Shown piece after piece: positions 56,698 to 64,000 of a stretch of 64,000 bases of DNA. The notes under the pieces were generated by a model. It saw only the letters and a program-made list of their open reading frames with translations. It did not search any database and had not been told where the DNA came from. The translations under genes and the position numbers were made by a program. This stretch comes from Polyangiaceae bacterium (GTDB lineage: Bacteria; Myxococcota_A; Polyangia; Polyangiales; Polyangiaceae). The DNA lies in contig JBILLK010000009.1 in the NCBI GenBank assembly GCA_044376115.1, positions 224,001 to 288,000 of the forward strand. Direction: 5' to 3'. Within the stretch, counting starts at the first letter, position 1; each line of letters opens with the position of its first letter.

Positions 56698-58362
56698 ATG
56701 GCGTTCTTCCAGACCCCCCCAACGCTCGGCAACCAATACCACGATGACCGCGTACTCAAGCAGGTGCTGAGGCGCCTGTTGAAGGGCGAAGCTCACGCGA
56801 AAGTCGAGGCTGAACTGAGCGCGATGGGCGAGCTCGCAGGCGGCGAGCTCTTCGCTTTGCAACAACGTGATCGGCTGAACGAGCCGGTGCTTACGCAGTG
56901 GGACGCGTGGGGCAATCGCATCGACACCATCGAGCTGACCGAGCTGTGGAAGCGATGTGCCGTGGTTGCGGCGGAGCACGGCTTGGTCGCCACCGCGTAC
57001 GAGGGGGCGCTGGGGGGCCTCTCGCGCTTCAACCAATTTGCGCTGGCCTACTTGTTTGACGCCTCTAGCGATGTGTACACCTGTCCCTTGGCGATGACCG
57101 ATGGTGCCGCCGCGACGCTCAAGCACCACGGCGGTATCGCTTATGAAAAGGCCTTTCCTCGTTTGACGAGCCGCGACCCGGCGCAGATGTGGACGAGCGG
57201 CCAATGGATGACCGAGCGCACCGGCGGCTCCGACGTCGGGCTCACGCAGACCGAGGCAAGGGCGCTCGGAGACGGCACGTACGGGTTGCACGGCACCAAG
57301 TGGTTTACCAGCGCGACCACCGCACAAATGGCGCTCACGCTCGCTCGGCCGGAGGGCAACCCAGAAGGTGGCAAAGGCCTCGCGCTGTTCTTTCTCGAGG
57401 TGCGCGATGCGAACGGACAACTCAACGGACTGAGCCTCAATCGGCTCAAGGACAAGCTCGGTACGCGCAAGGTGCCGACCGCCGAGCTGACGCTTGCCGG
57501 TGCGCGGGCCATGCCGGTGAAGGGCCTGACGGACGGCATCCGCAACATCACGCCGATGCTCAATGTCACGCGCACCTGGAACGCTGTGGGAGCGTTGGCA
57601 GGAATGCGACGCGGGATCGCCTTGGCTCGAGACTACGCCCGCAGGCGCTATCAGTTCGGCTCGCTGCTTGCGGATAAGCCGCTCCACACCGACACGCTGG
57701 CGGGCATGCAGGCCGAGTTCGAAGCGGCGTTCATGCTCACCTTCCGCACGGTCGAACTGCTCGGGAAGGTTGAGCACGGTGAAGCGACGCCCGCTGAAGC
57801 GACGATGTTGCGCTTGTTGACGCCGCTGATGAAGCTCGTGACTGGAAAGCAGGCCGTCGCCGTTACGAGCGAAGCGATCGAGTGTTTTGGTGGTGCCGGC
57901 TACGTGGAGGACACCGGCCTGCCGCGCCTCGTTCGAGATGCGCAAGTCCTCAGCATTTGGGAGGGCACGACCAACGTGCTCTCGCTCGATGCGCTGCGCG
58001 CCATCGCCCGAGAAGGAGCCTTGCCGCCGCTCCTCGAGGAGATCGAGAGCTGCGCAAACGAGGCTGTCGTGGAGCTCAAAGAGGAGGCTGCGGCAGCGAA
58101 AGCCGCCGCCGCCCACGCCGCCGCCTGGCTTCAGGAGACGATGGCCTCCGAGCCCAACGCTGTCGAGGCTGGGGCCCGACGTTTTGCCCTCACCCTTGGA
58201 CGTGCGACCGAGCTTTCGCTGCTGGTCGCCCACGCTTCGTTCGCTCAGCGGGAACTCGGCGACGTGCGCAGTGTCTACGCCGCCAAACGTTTCTGTCGCA
58301 ATGGTATCGATCTCATTCGTTCATCGGATGCGGGTATGCGCGCACTTGCGATGGACGAGTGA
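56698..58362 (+). CDS. Acyl-CoA dehydrogenase, AidB-like
   Basis: CPLAMTDG, GQWMTERTGGSDV, KWFTS, LKDKLGT, ECFGGAGYVED, IWEGTTNV. Confidence 0.9.
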   Translation: MAFFQTPPTLGNQYHDDRVLKQVLRRLLKGEAHAKVEAELSAMGELAGGELFALQQRDRLNEPVLTQWDAWGNRIDTIELTELWKRCAVVAAEHGLVATAYEGALGGLSRFNQFALAYLFDASSDVYTCPLAMTDGAAATLKHHGGIAYEKAFPRLTSRDPAQMWTSGQWMTERTGGSDVGLTQTEARALGDGTYGLHGTKWFTSATTAQMALTLARPEGNPEGGKGLALFFLEVRDANGQLNGLSLNRLKDKLGTRKVPTAELTLAGARAMPVKGLTDGIRNITPMLNVTRTWNAVGALAGMRRGIALARDYARRRYQFGSLLADKPLHTDTLAGMQAEFEAAFMLTFRTVELLGKVEHGEATPAEATMLRLLTPLMKLVTGKQAVAVTSEAIECFGGAGYVEDTGLPRLVRDAQVLSIWEGTTNVLSLDALRAIAREGALPPLLEEIESCANEAVVELKEEAAAAKAAAAHAAAWLQETMASEPNAVEAGARRFALTLGRATELSLLVAHASFAQRELGDVRSVYAAKRFCRNGIDLIRSSDAGMRALAMDE

Positions 58363-58417
58363 CCGTCCTCTCGATGTACTGCAGTTCAAAACGAACGTAC
58401 CGGAGCTTCCTCGACCC

Positions 58418-60115
58418 ATGATCCAACGCTCATCGGCCTTGCTCGGCCTCGTGGCCATCGTCGCTTGTACCAACACCGAAATCGTCGCGCCACCGCGCGA
58501 CCCGAAGCCCGTCGGCGTGGAGCCTCAGCCGGAGCCGGAGGTCGTGAAGAAAAATCCGTTCAAGCTCGAGGGCGAGCTCTTGGCCGAAGAGCAGCTCCCG
58601 GTGCTCAAGGGCCCAAAGCCGATCGTCGCCGAGGTCGCCCTGCCCAAAGCGCCGAAGGGCGTGCCGGCGGCGCCGGCGAGTTGCAAGGTGTTTACGGCGC
58701 GCGTTGCAAAGAAGCCGCTCACTCCTGTCGGCGGCGGGACGCAGACCTGCGCCGATCCTGCCGGGGCGCTCTCCGGCTTGGCCGTAGCACTCGAGATGAC
58801 CTCGGGCGACGATCGGGACGCTGCGCTACTCGAGCTCGAGTCGTGCAAAGGTCTGGAGCCGGGGTTGGTGCGGGCCTTGCGCATCGAGCTTGCGCCGCCC
58901 GAGTGCGGTGATGTGCTCGCGGAGCCGCTGCTGAGCAAGAAGCCAACCGGGCTATCGGGGTCGATCGACCATGCGTTGGTGGGGCTCTCGCTCGCAGCAC
59001 GGCTGCATCGCACGGCGGCGACGCCACCGGTGTTGGCTGCGCCCTTCAGCAAAAAGCGCGTAGAGCAGTTCATTCAGAAGGAGCTCTTTCCGTGGTTCAA
59101 CGAGCAGGCGGTCGCTGTTGAAGAGCTTTCGAAGCAGGGCGCCGCCCTCTCTTCCTACGGTAAGGGCGTCGTCGCGTTGGCGGCCGGCTGGGCCGATCTG
59201 CGCATGGTGGATGTGCTGCGTGAGTCGCCCATCCCCGACGAATTTCGCGCCGACACCGAGAAGGGGGCCGTCTACTACGCCGCCCTCGATGATCGCTTGG
59301 AGCCGCGCAAGGCGCGCGGGCGTGATGCTGCGCTGGTTGGGATTCGCGAGATGGCCTACCAAGGCATCTTGGTAGACGAGCGCACCTCCCGTACGCGCTC
59401 GCTTTTGGCCAAGCTCTACGGTGGTCGGCGCGTGGATGGGCTCGATATTCTGTTGCGACCTGCGAGCTCACCTGGCGTTAGTAGTGAGCCTGCCGCGGTG
59501 CTGGCACGTAAGCTACCTACCTTCTATGCCGGGCTCCTGCTCGATCCTGCGAAGGCTATCGAACCGGCCGTCTTTACTGCGCTGACGACGCGGGGTGTAC
59601 CGACGCCGATGCGGGCTGCGCTCAAGGAGGCCGAGGCTACGTTGGTCCCCGAGGTGCGTTCGGCTTACGGGCACTTCAAGCTCGCGATGGGCCTACGCTA
59701 CTGGCGTTCGGTCGACTTCGATGTGGCCGTCGCGCTGTTCGACAAGCTGCCGGAAGACAAGCGCACGGCCGAGGATTGGCTAGGTCACGCCACCGCGCTC
59801 GGTTTGCGTCACGGGCCGACCGACGTGGCTGCGATCATGTTGCAGCTCGACGCAATTGGGCCGAAGTTTGGCGACGTGCGCGCGCTCGACTGGGTTCGCG
59901 ATGAGAAGAAGGGCGTGCCAGCTGCGGGCCAGGCTGCCTTCAACGCGGCGGTCATTCGGCAGATCGCGACGCCGCGCGACGCCGACGGCGCCTATTGGAC
60001 GGCGCTCGAGGAGCGCTACAAGGCGGCTGTGAGCCTGCTCGAAGAACCTGCGCGCAATGAGGCCTTTGAGCGGGCACGCGCTGCAGGCGCAACAGCCAAA
60101 GTGCTATCGAAGTAG
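58418..60115 (+). CDS. Hypothetical helical lipoprotein
   Basis: MIQRSSALLGLVAIVAC lipobox and Pro-rich linker. The ORF-track start 57887 overlaps the upstream gene. Confidence 0.7.
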   Translation: MIQRSSALLGLVAIVACTNTEIVAPPRDPKPVGVEPQPEPEVVKKNPFKLEGELLAEEQLPVLKGPKPIVAEVALPKAPKGVPAAPASCKVFTARVAKKPLTPVGGGTQTCADPAGALSGLAVALEMTSGDDRDAALLELESCKGLEPGLVRALRIELAPPECGDVLAEPLLSKKPTGLSGSIDHALVGLSLAARLHRTAATPPVLAAPFSKKRVEQFIQKELFPWFNEQAVAVEELSKQGAALSSYGKGVVALAAGWADLRMVDVLRESPIPDEFRADTEKGAVYYAALDDRLEPRKARGRDAALVGIREMAYQGILVDERTSRTRSLLAKLYGGRRVDGLDILLRPASSPGVSSEPAAVLARKLPTFYAGLLLDPAKAIEPAVFTALTTRGVPTPMRAALKEAEATLVPEVRSAYGHFKLAMGLRYWRSVDFDVAVALFDKLPEDKRTAEDWLGHATALGLRHGPTDVAAIMLQLDAIGPKFGDVRALDWVRDEKKGVPAAGQAAFNAAVIRQIATPRDADGAYWTALEERYKAAVSLLEEPARNEAFERARAAGATAKVLSK

Positions 60116-60171
60116 CGCTGGGTCAGCGCGGCCGTCGGGCTCCTTCTGCTGGGAGGGAGCCCTTGCTGCCG

Positions 60172-60660
60172 TTACTCGGACGGAGCTTGCGTCTTGCGAC
60201 CGACCGAGGCGATTTGGTCCCACGATTGGTTCTCGCCACCGCTCAAGATCGTCAACTGACGAAGACGCAGCACGCAGCGAGTTACCGTGGAGGAGTGCGA
60301 GAACATCACGCCTTCCGAAGGGCGCGGCTGCTCAAAGACGGCCTCGGTACCAGGGCGCGGAAACGGATGCGAAAGGAAGGTCTCGTTCTCGTTATTGTGT
60401 TGCCCGCCGAGCAGCCGCGCACCGAGCAGACCGTGGTCAAGGACCGGCTTCTGCGTGGCGATGTCGACAACTTCAATGCACTTGAAGTTGGTGTCGATCA
60501 TGTAGACGCGATTCTGCGTCCACACTTCCAACATGGCCCACGTTCGGTCCACTGCGGGCGGCCGCCGTACCTCGTGAACTAGCTCCACCTCGACCGCCGG
60601 CAGGTTGCCAAAACGGTCATCACGCCGCGACATGGGGGAGGGCTCAGTCGGCTTAGTCAT
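60172..60660 (-). CDS. Hypothetical protein
   Basis: Compact ORF with plausible composition (LEVWTQNRVY...C..V.D...H..LG.RL.GG), co-oriented with the P450. Confidence 0.6.
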   Translation of the reverse strand: MTKPTEPSPMSRRDDRFGNLPAVEVELVHEVRRPPAVDRTWAMLEVWTQNRVYMIDTNFKCIEVVDIATQKPVLDHGLLGARLLGGQHNNENETFLSHPFPRPGTEAVFEQPRPSEGVMFSHSSTVTRCVLRLRQLTILSGGENQSWDQIASVGRKTQAPSE

Positions 60661-60700
60661 CGGACCTACGGTAGCACGCCGAGCGGGCGCCTCGCGACGT

Positions 60701-62119
60701 TCAACCGGGACTGCTGCGCAGCTGGGCCGGGCTCACGTCCATCAGCACCGGTCCAGCCGGCCTCAGCGTGACGCTCGGCTGTGGACGCGGCGCTTCGCCT
60801 GCGATTCGCGAGAGCGTCACCCGTTGCAGGATGCGCGCAAAGATGAGCACAGCCTCCATCATGGCGAAGGATTGCCCAATACAAAGTCGCGGGCCCATGC
60901 CGAAGGGGAAGTAGGCAGAGCGGAGCTCCTTGGGAACGCCGCCATCCACAAACCGCTCGGGATTGAAGCCCTCCGGGTTCGGAAAAAAGCTCGGGTGGCG
61001 GTGCGTGACGTAGGGCGAGGTGAAGACCAGACTGTCGCGGGGGATGGGGTACCCGGAGATCGAATCGTCGTTCACTGCGTGGCGGGTGATCATCCACGCG
61101 GGTGGATAGAGGCGCATCGTCTCCATGACGAACGCGCGCGTTCGAGTCAGCTTCTGCACTGAAGCTGCCGTGGGGGCTTCACCACCGAGCACGGCCTCCA
61201 CCTCCGCGGTGACCTTCGCAAGCTCTCCGGGGTGCTGAGACGACAACAGCAGCGTCCAAGCCAATGCGTTCGCCGTGGTCTCGTGGCCAGCCAAGAAGAT
61301 GGTCAGCACCTCGTCGCACAGTTGCTGGTCCGACATGCCTTGGCCGGTCTCCTCGTCGCGCGCCTCGAGCAACATGGTTAGCAAATCGTCGGGTCGACTC
61401 TGTTGCTTGCGACGCGTTTCGACTGTCGTGCGCACGATGCGACGGAGTTCGGCCATGGCCTCGCTGACGCGCCGGTTGTGCGGTGTCGGCAGGTGCCTCA
61501 GCATGTCTTGCACCGGCGAAAAGACCGCGCGCTGTACTTGCAACAGCAACAGGTTGAGCGCTTCGCCCACCGCGCGCGCCTCGCGCGTGAAGTCGGTCGA
61601 GAGCAAGGTGAGCCCAGCGATGCGCAAGGTGACGAACATCATCGCGGCGGCGACGTCTACAGGCTCAGTGCGCGACGGAGCGAGCCAACTATCGACGAGC
61701 TCGTCAGTGGCCTCGACCATCACGTTCGAGAAGCGAGCCACACGCTCGCGGGAGAAGCCCGGCTGCGCGATGCGCCGTTGTTGCAGCCAGAAGGCACCCT
61801 CCGACGTGAGCAGACCGTTGCCTAGGATCCGGCGCAACTTGTCGAAGCCCGGCGTCTGTTTGTCGTAGTTCTTCGCGTTGTCCACGAGCACGTGGCGCAC
61901 AGCGTCGGGGTGGGCGACGAGGTGCGCGGTCGCCCAACCGAAGCGAAAGCGCACCACGTCACCGTGCTCACGGTGGGCCTTGGTGAAGAAGGCCAGCTGC
62001 CCGGCGCGCATCGCAGCCATATGGCCGCCAAACGTTGCGGGAGCCTCTGGAGACGGTGCTAGCGACGCTCTCGACCTCCACAGTGCTAGGAAGGTGTTGA
62101 GCGGGTAGGGCGTCTCCAC
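60701..62119 (-). CDS. Cytochrome P450
   Basis: AGHETT, ETMR, PERF, FGMGPRLCIG heme motif. Confidence 0.95.
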   Translation of the reverse strand: METPYPLNTFLALWRSRASLAPSPEAPATFGGHMAAMRAGQLAFFTKAHREHGDVVRFRFGWATAHLVAHPDAVRHVLVDNAKNYDKQTPGFDKLRRILGNGLLTSEGAFWLQQRRIAQPGFSRERVARFSNVMVEATDELVDSWLAPSRTEPVDVAAAMMFVTLRIAGLTLLSTDFTREARAVGEALNLLLLQVQRAVFSPVQDMLRHLPTPHNRRVSEAMAELRRIVRTTVETRRKQQSRPDDLLTMLLEARDEETGQGMSDQQLCDEVLTIFLAGHETTANALAWTLLLSSQHPGELAKVTAEVEAVLGGEAPTAASVQKLTRTRAFVMETMRLYPPAWMITRHAVNDDSISGYPIPRDSLVFTSPYVTHRHPSFFPNPEGFNPERFVDGGVPKELRSAYFPFGMGPRLCIGQSFAMMEAVLIFARILQRVTLSRIAGEAPRPQPSVTLRPAGPVLMDVSPAQLRSSPG

Positions 62120-62128
62120 TCTTGCTGC

Positions 62129-64000
62129 CTAGAAGCGCGCCTGTGCTGCGGTACCGAAGCCCAAGAAGTCCGGGCTAACGAAGGTACGCAAGGCGACGGT
62201 TCCCTGGTTGGGGTCTCGCTCAATGAAGGTGGCGTTGTTGTCGCGGATGTACTGAACCCAAACCAACGCGGAAAGGATGCTCGAGAGGTCCCACTTCAGG
62301 CTGGCGCGGGCCTGAATGATTGGTGTGGAGCCGGTGTTGACCGGGAGAATTGCGATGTTGCCCTGCTCGCGAATGACCACCGTGCGGCTGATCGGCGCTG
62401 AGGACAAATCCACTGAGGTGCTGGTGAAGGTAGCCGGCAGCTGCAGACCAAAGCCAAGGCCCGGGGTCAAATGGGCATCCTTGAAGTGGTAGTCCAGCGC
62501 GAGCGCCGCGAAGAACTCCGGCGACGATTCGGCCCCCTCGGGAATGGTCTCGAAGGGAATGAAGCTCGGCTGATTGCGCAGTACGTAGGGCAGGTCGCGG
62601 AAGATTCCGGTGAGGCTCGCTCGGAAGTAGTCCGCCTTGATTTGAGCGGCGAGCGCGCCAGCGAGCGCCGGCTGAATTGCGACCACACCCGTTCGATCGA
62701 AGTCCTTCAGGCGCTGGAAGAGAGCATCGCCCTCGAGGCTAACCTGCCACAGAACTTTGCCTTCAACGTAGGTCTCCGGCCTGAAGATCTGCTGCGGCTT
62801 GTTCGGATCGTTACGGTACAGCGAGAAATCGATCGATTGTCCGACGGGTTGCTCTTCGTGGTGGGCCACGAGTCGAGCCGATACGCCTCCGGTGTACACG
62901 CCTTGGCCCTCGACGTCAGGGAGGTCGAACTTGCCCTGCGTGAAGAAACCACCGCCGACATCGAAGTGGAAGTTGTCGGCAGGCTGAAAGCCGCCACCCG
63001 CAAGCAAGCCGACATTGGTCTGGCCAATGCGAATCTGCTCCACTTCGCTTGTTCCAGGCGTCAGCGTCTCCTCGACCTGAACGATCTGCGCGGTCTTGAA
63101 GCCGACGAAGACGTTGAACTTCGGATGCTCGAACGAGAACTTCGCGCCGGGTGAGCTGCCGACGATACGAGGAAAGATCGACTGGTTGATGTTCGCTGCC
63201 GTGCCGCCCCACGAGAGATCGTAGAGGTAGCCGAGTCGGAAGCGGTCGGTATCGATCGGCCAGAAGGTGAAGCTGAGCCCTTCGACCTTCCTCGGGTCGT
63301 CGTGTTTGGCCGTGTGATAGAACGCTCGGATGAACGAGCCCGCGTCGTAGAACGCCTGGTTCACGTTGCCGCTGTTGGACGATAGCGCCGCCAAGTCGAG
63401 GCGCATGATGAGCGAGGCCTCCGTGTCGAGGTCCTCGATGAAGCCCGGCATCTTCTTGTAAAGCGCGAGGTGCGTGAGATTCTCGCGACCTGCGAAACGC
63501 GAATTCAGGTTGTCGAAGAACAACCGATATTGCCTGCGCTCACCGACGCTGACGAGGGGTGAGAGTGGGAACGCCTGGCCCGTCTGCTTGAGCACATCGT
63601 CATCACCAAACACCCAGGTGAGGCGCGTGTCCATGAAGTCGCCCACGCGGGTGGGAGACTCTTTCTTCTCCTCTTTCTTGGGCTCGACGGGCTTGGTCGG
63701 CTCGGTAGCAGCGTCCTTCGGCGGGTCTTTGGGTGCGTCTTTGGGCGCATCGACCGGCGGGGGCGGCGCCGTAGGAGCGCGAAGTTTGGCTGCGCGCGTC
63801 TTTGCCTCATCCGAACGACTCGCGCCCGCCTGAGCAACTTGCTCGAACTCGCTCGCAGCGAGCGACGCGAAGCCTTGGCGTTCGTGGCAGTCCGCAAGGT
63901 TGAAGAGCAGCTCAAGCGGCTTGGGACCAGGGGCGTCCGCCGGCGCTTTGCTGGCAATGCCGTAGGCCTCCTCGAACAACAGACAGGCCTGCTGAAGGTC
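62129..64000 (-). CDS. Putative outer-membrane beta-barrel protein with N-terminal TPR and Pro-rich linker, 5'-partial
   Basis: TPR-like 'LLFNLADCHERQG', PKD(A/P) repeats, alternating beta-strand pattern, terminal Phe (AAQARF); the frame appears to continue past the window edge. Confidence 0.6.
   Translation of the reverse strand, partial: DLQQACLLFEEAYGIASKAPADAPGPKPLELLFNLADCHERQGFASLAASEFEQVAQAGASRSDEAKTRAAKLRAPTAPPPPVDAPKDAPKDPPKDAATEPTKPVEPKKEEKKESPTRVGDFMDTRLTWVFGDDDVLKQTGQAFPLSPLVSVGERRQYRLFFDNLNSRFAGRENLTHLALYKKMPGFIEDLDTEASLIMRLDLAALSSNSGNVNQAFYDAGSFIRAFYHTAKHDDPRKVEGLSFTFWPIDTDRFRLGYLYDLSWGGTAANINQSIFPRIVGSSPGAKFSFEHPKFNVFVGFKTAQIVQVEETLTPGTSEVEQIRIGQTNVGLLAGGGFQPADNFHFDVGGGFFTQGKFDLPDVEGQGVYTGGVSARLVAHHEEQPVGQSIDFSLYRNDPNKPQQIFRPETYVEGKVLWQVSLEGDALFQRLKDFDRTGVVAIQPALAGALAAQIKADYFRASLTGIFRDLPYVLRNQPSFIPFETIPEGAESSPEFFAALALDYHFKDAHLTPGLGFGLQLPATFTSTSVDLSSAPISRTVVIREQGNIAILPVNTGSTPIIQARASLKWDLSSILSALVWVQYIRDNNATFIERDPNQGTVALRTFVSPDFLGFGTAAQARF

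Noticed and set aside
56698..62119. Secondary-metabolite cluster around the P450, acyl-CoA dehydrogenase and E1-like genes
   Set aside because: No PKS, NRPS, terpene synthase or RiPP precursor is evident, and orientations are mixed.

Overview
GC-rich window whose gene content (Ser/Thr kinase + TPR-PEGA pairs, Cys-rich lipoproteins, a MYXO-CTERM protein) points to a myxobacterium, probably Polyangiales-like; the taxon is inferred. No rRNA, tRNA, CRISPR array or mobile element is evident. Housekeeping and metabolic genes: lolC/E-lolD, an enterobacterial-type gsk, DegV, SDR, AKR, TetR, MscS, an Fe-S photolyase, an ABC exporter, an AidB-like dehydrogenase, a P450 and a carotenoid oxygenase. The most notable elements: (1) an orphan T6SS spike island (13.6-21.0 kb) with three sigma54-type promoters, ordered vgrG, M23, M23, vgrG, then two translationally coupled ABC/AAA_21-like proteins that both lack the catalytic Glu and switch His, then a DUF1795/Eag-type chaperone, with no PAAR/Rhs or immunity gene; (2) an apparently split ThiF/MoeB E1, where a 91-aa partner carries the Arg-finger segment missing from the catalytic subunit; (3) three copies of a coupled kinase/TPR-PEGA module beside Cys-rich or FGE-fold lipoproteins; (4) a fasciclin-SigK/RskA-like locus with a matching ECF promoter that runs directly into a kinase module; (5) a frameshifted hybrid histidine kinase with a pseudo-receiver. 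All family calls come from motif recognition by eye, with no database searches.
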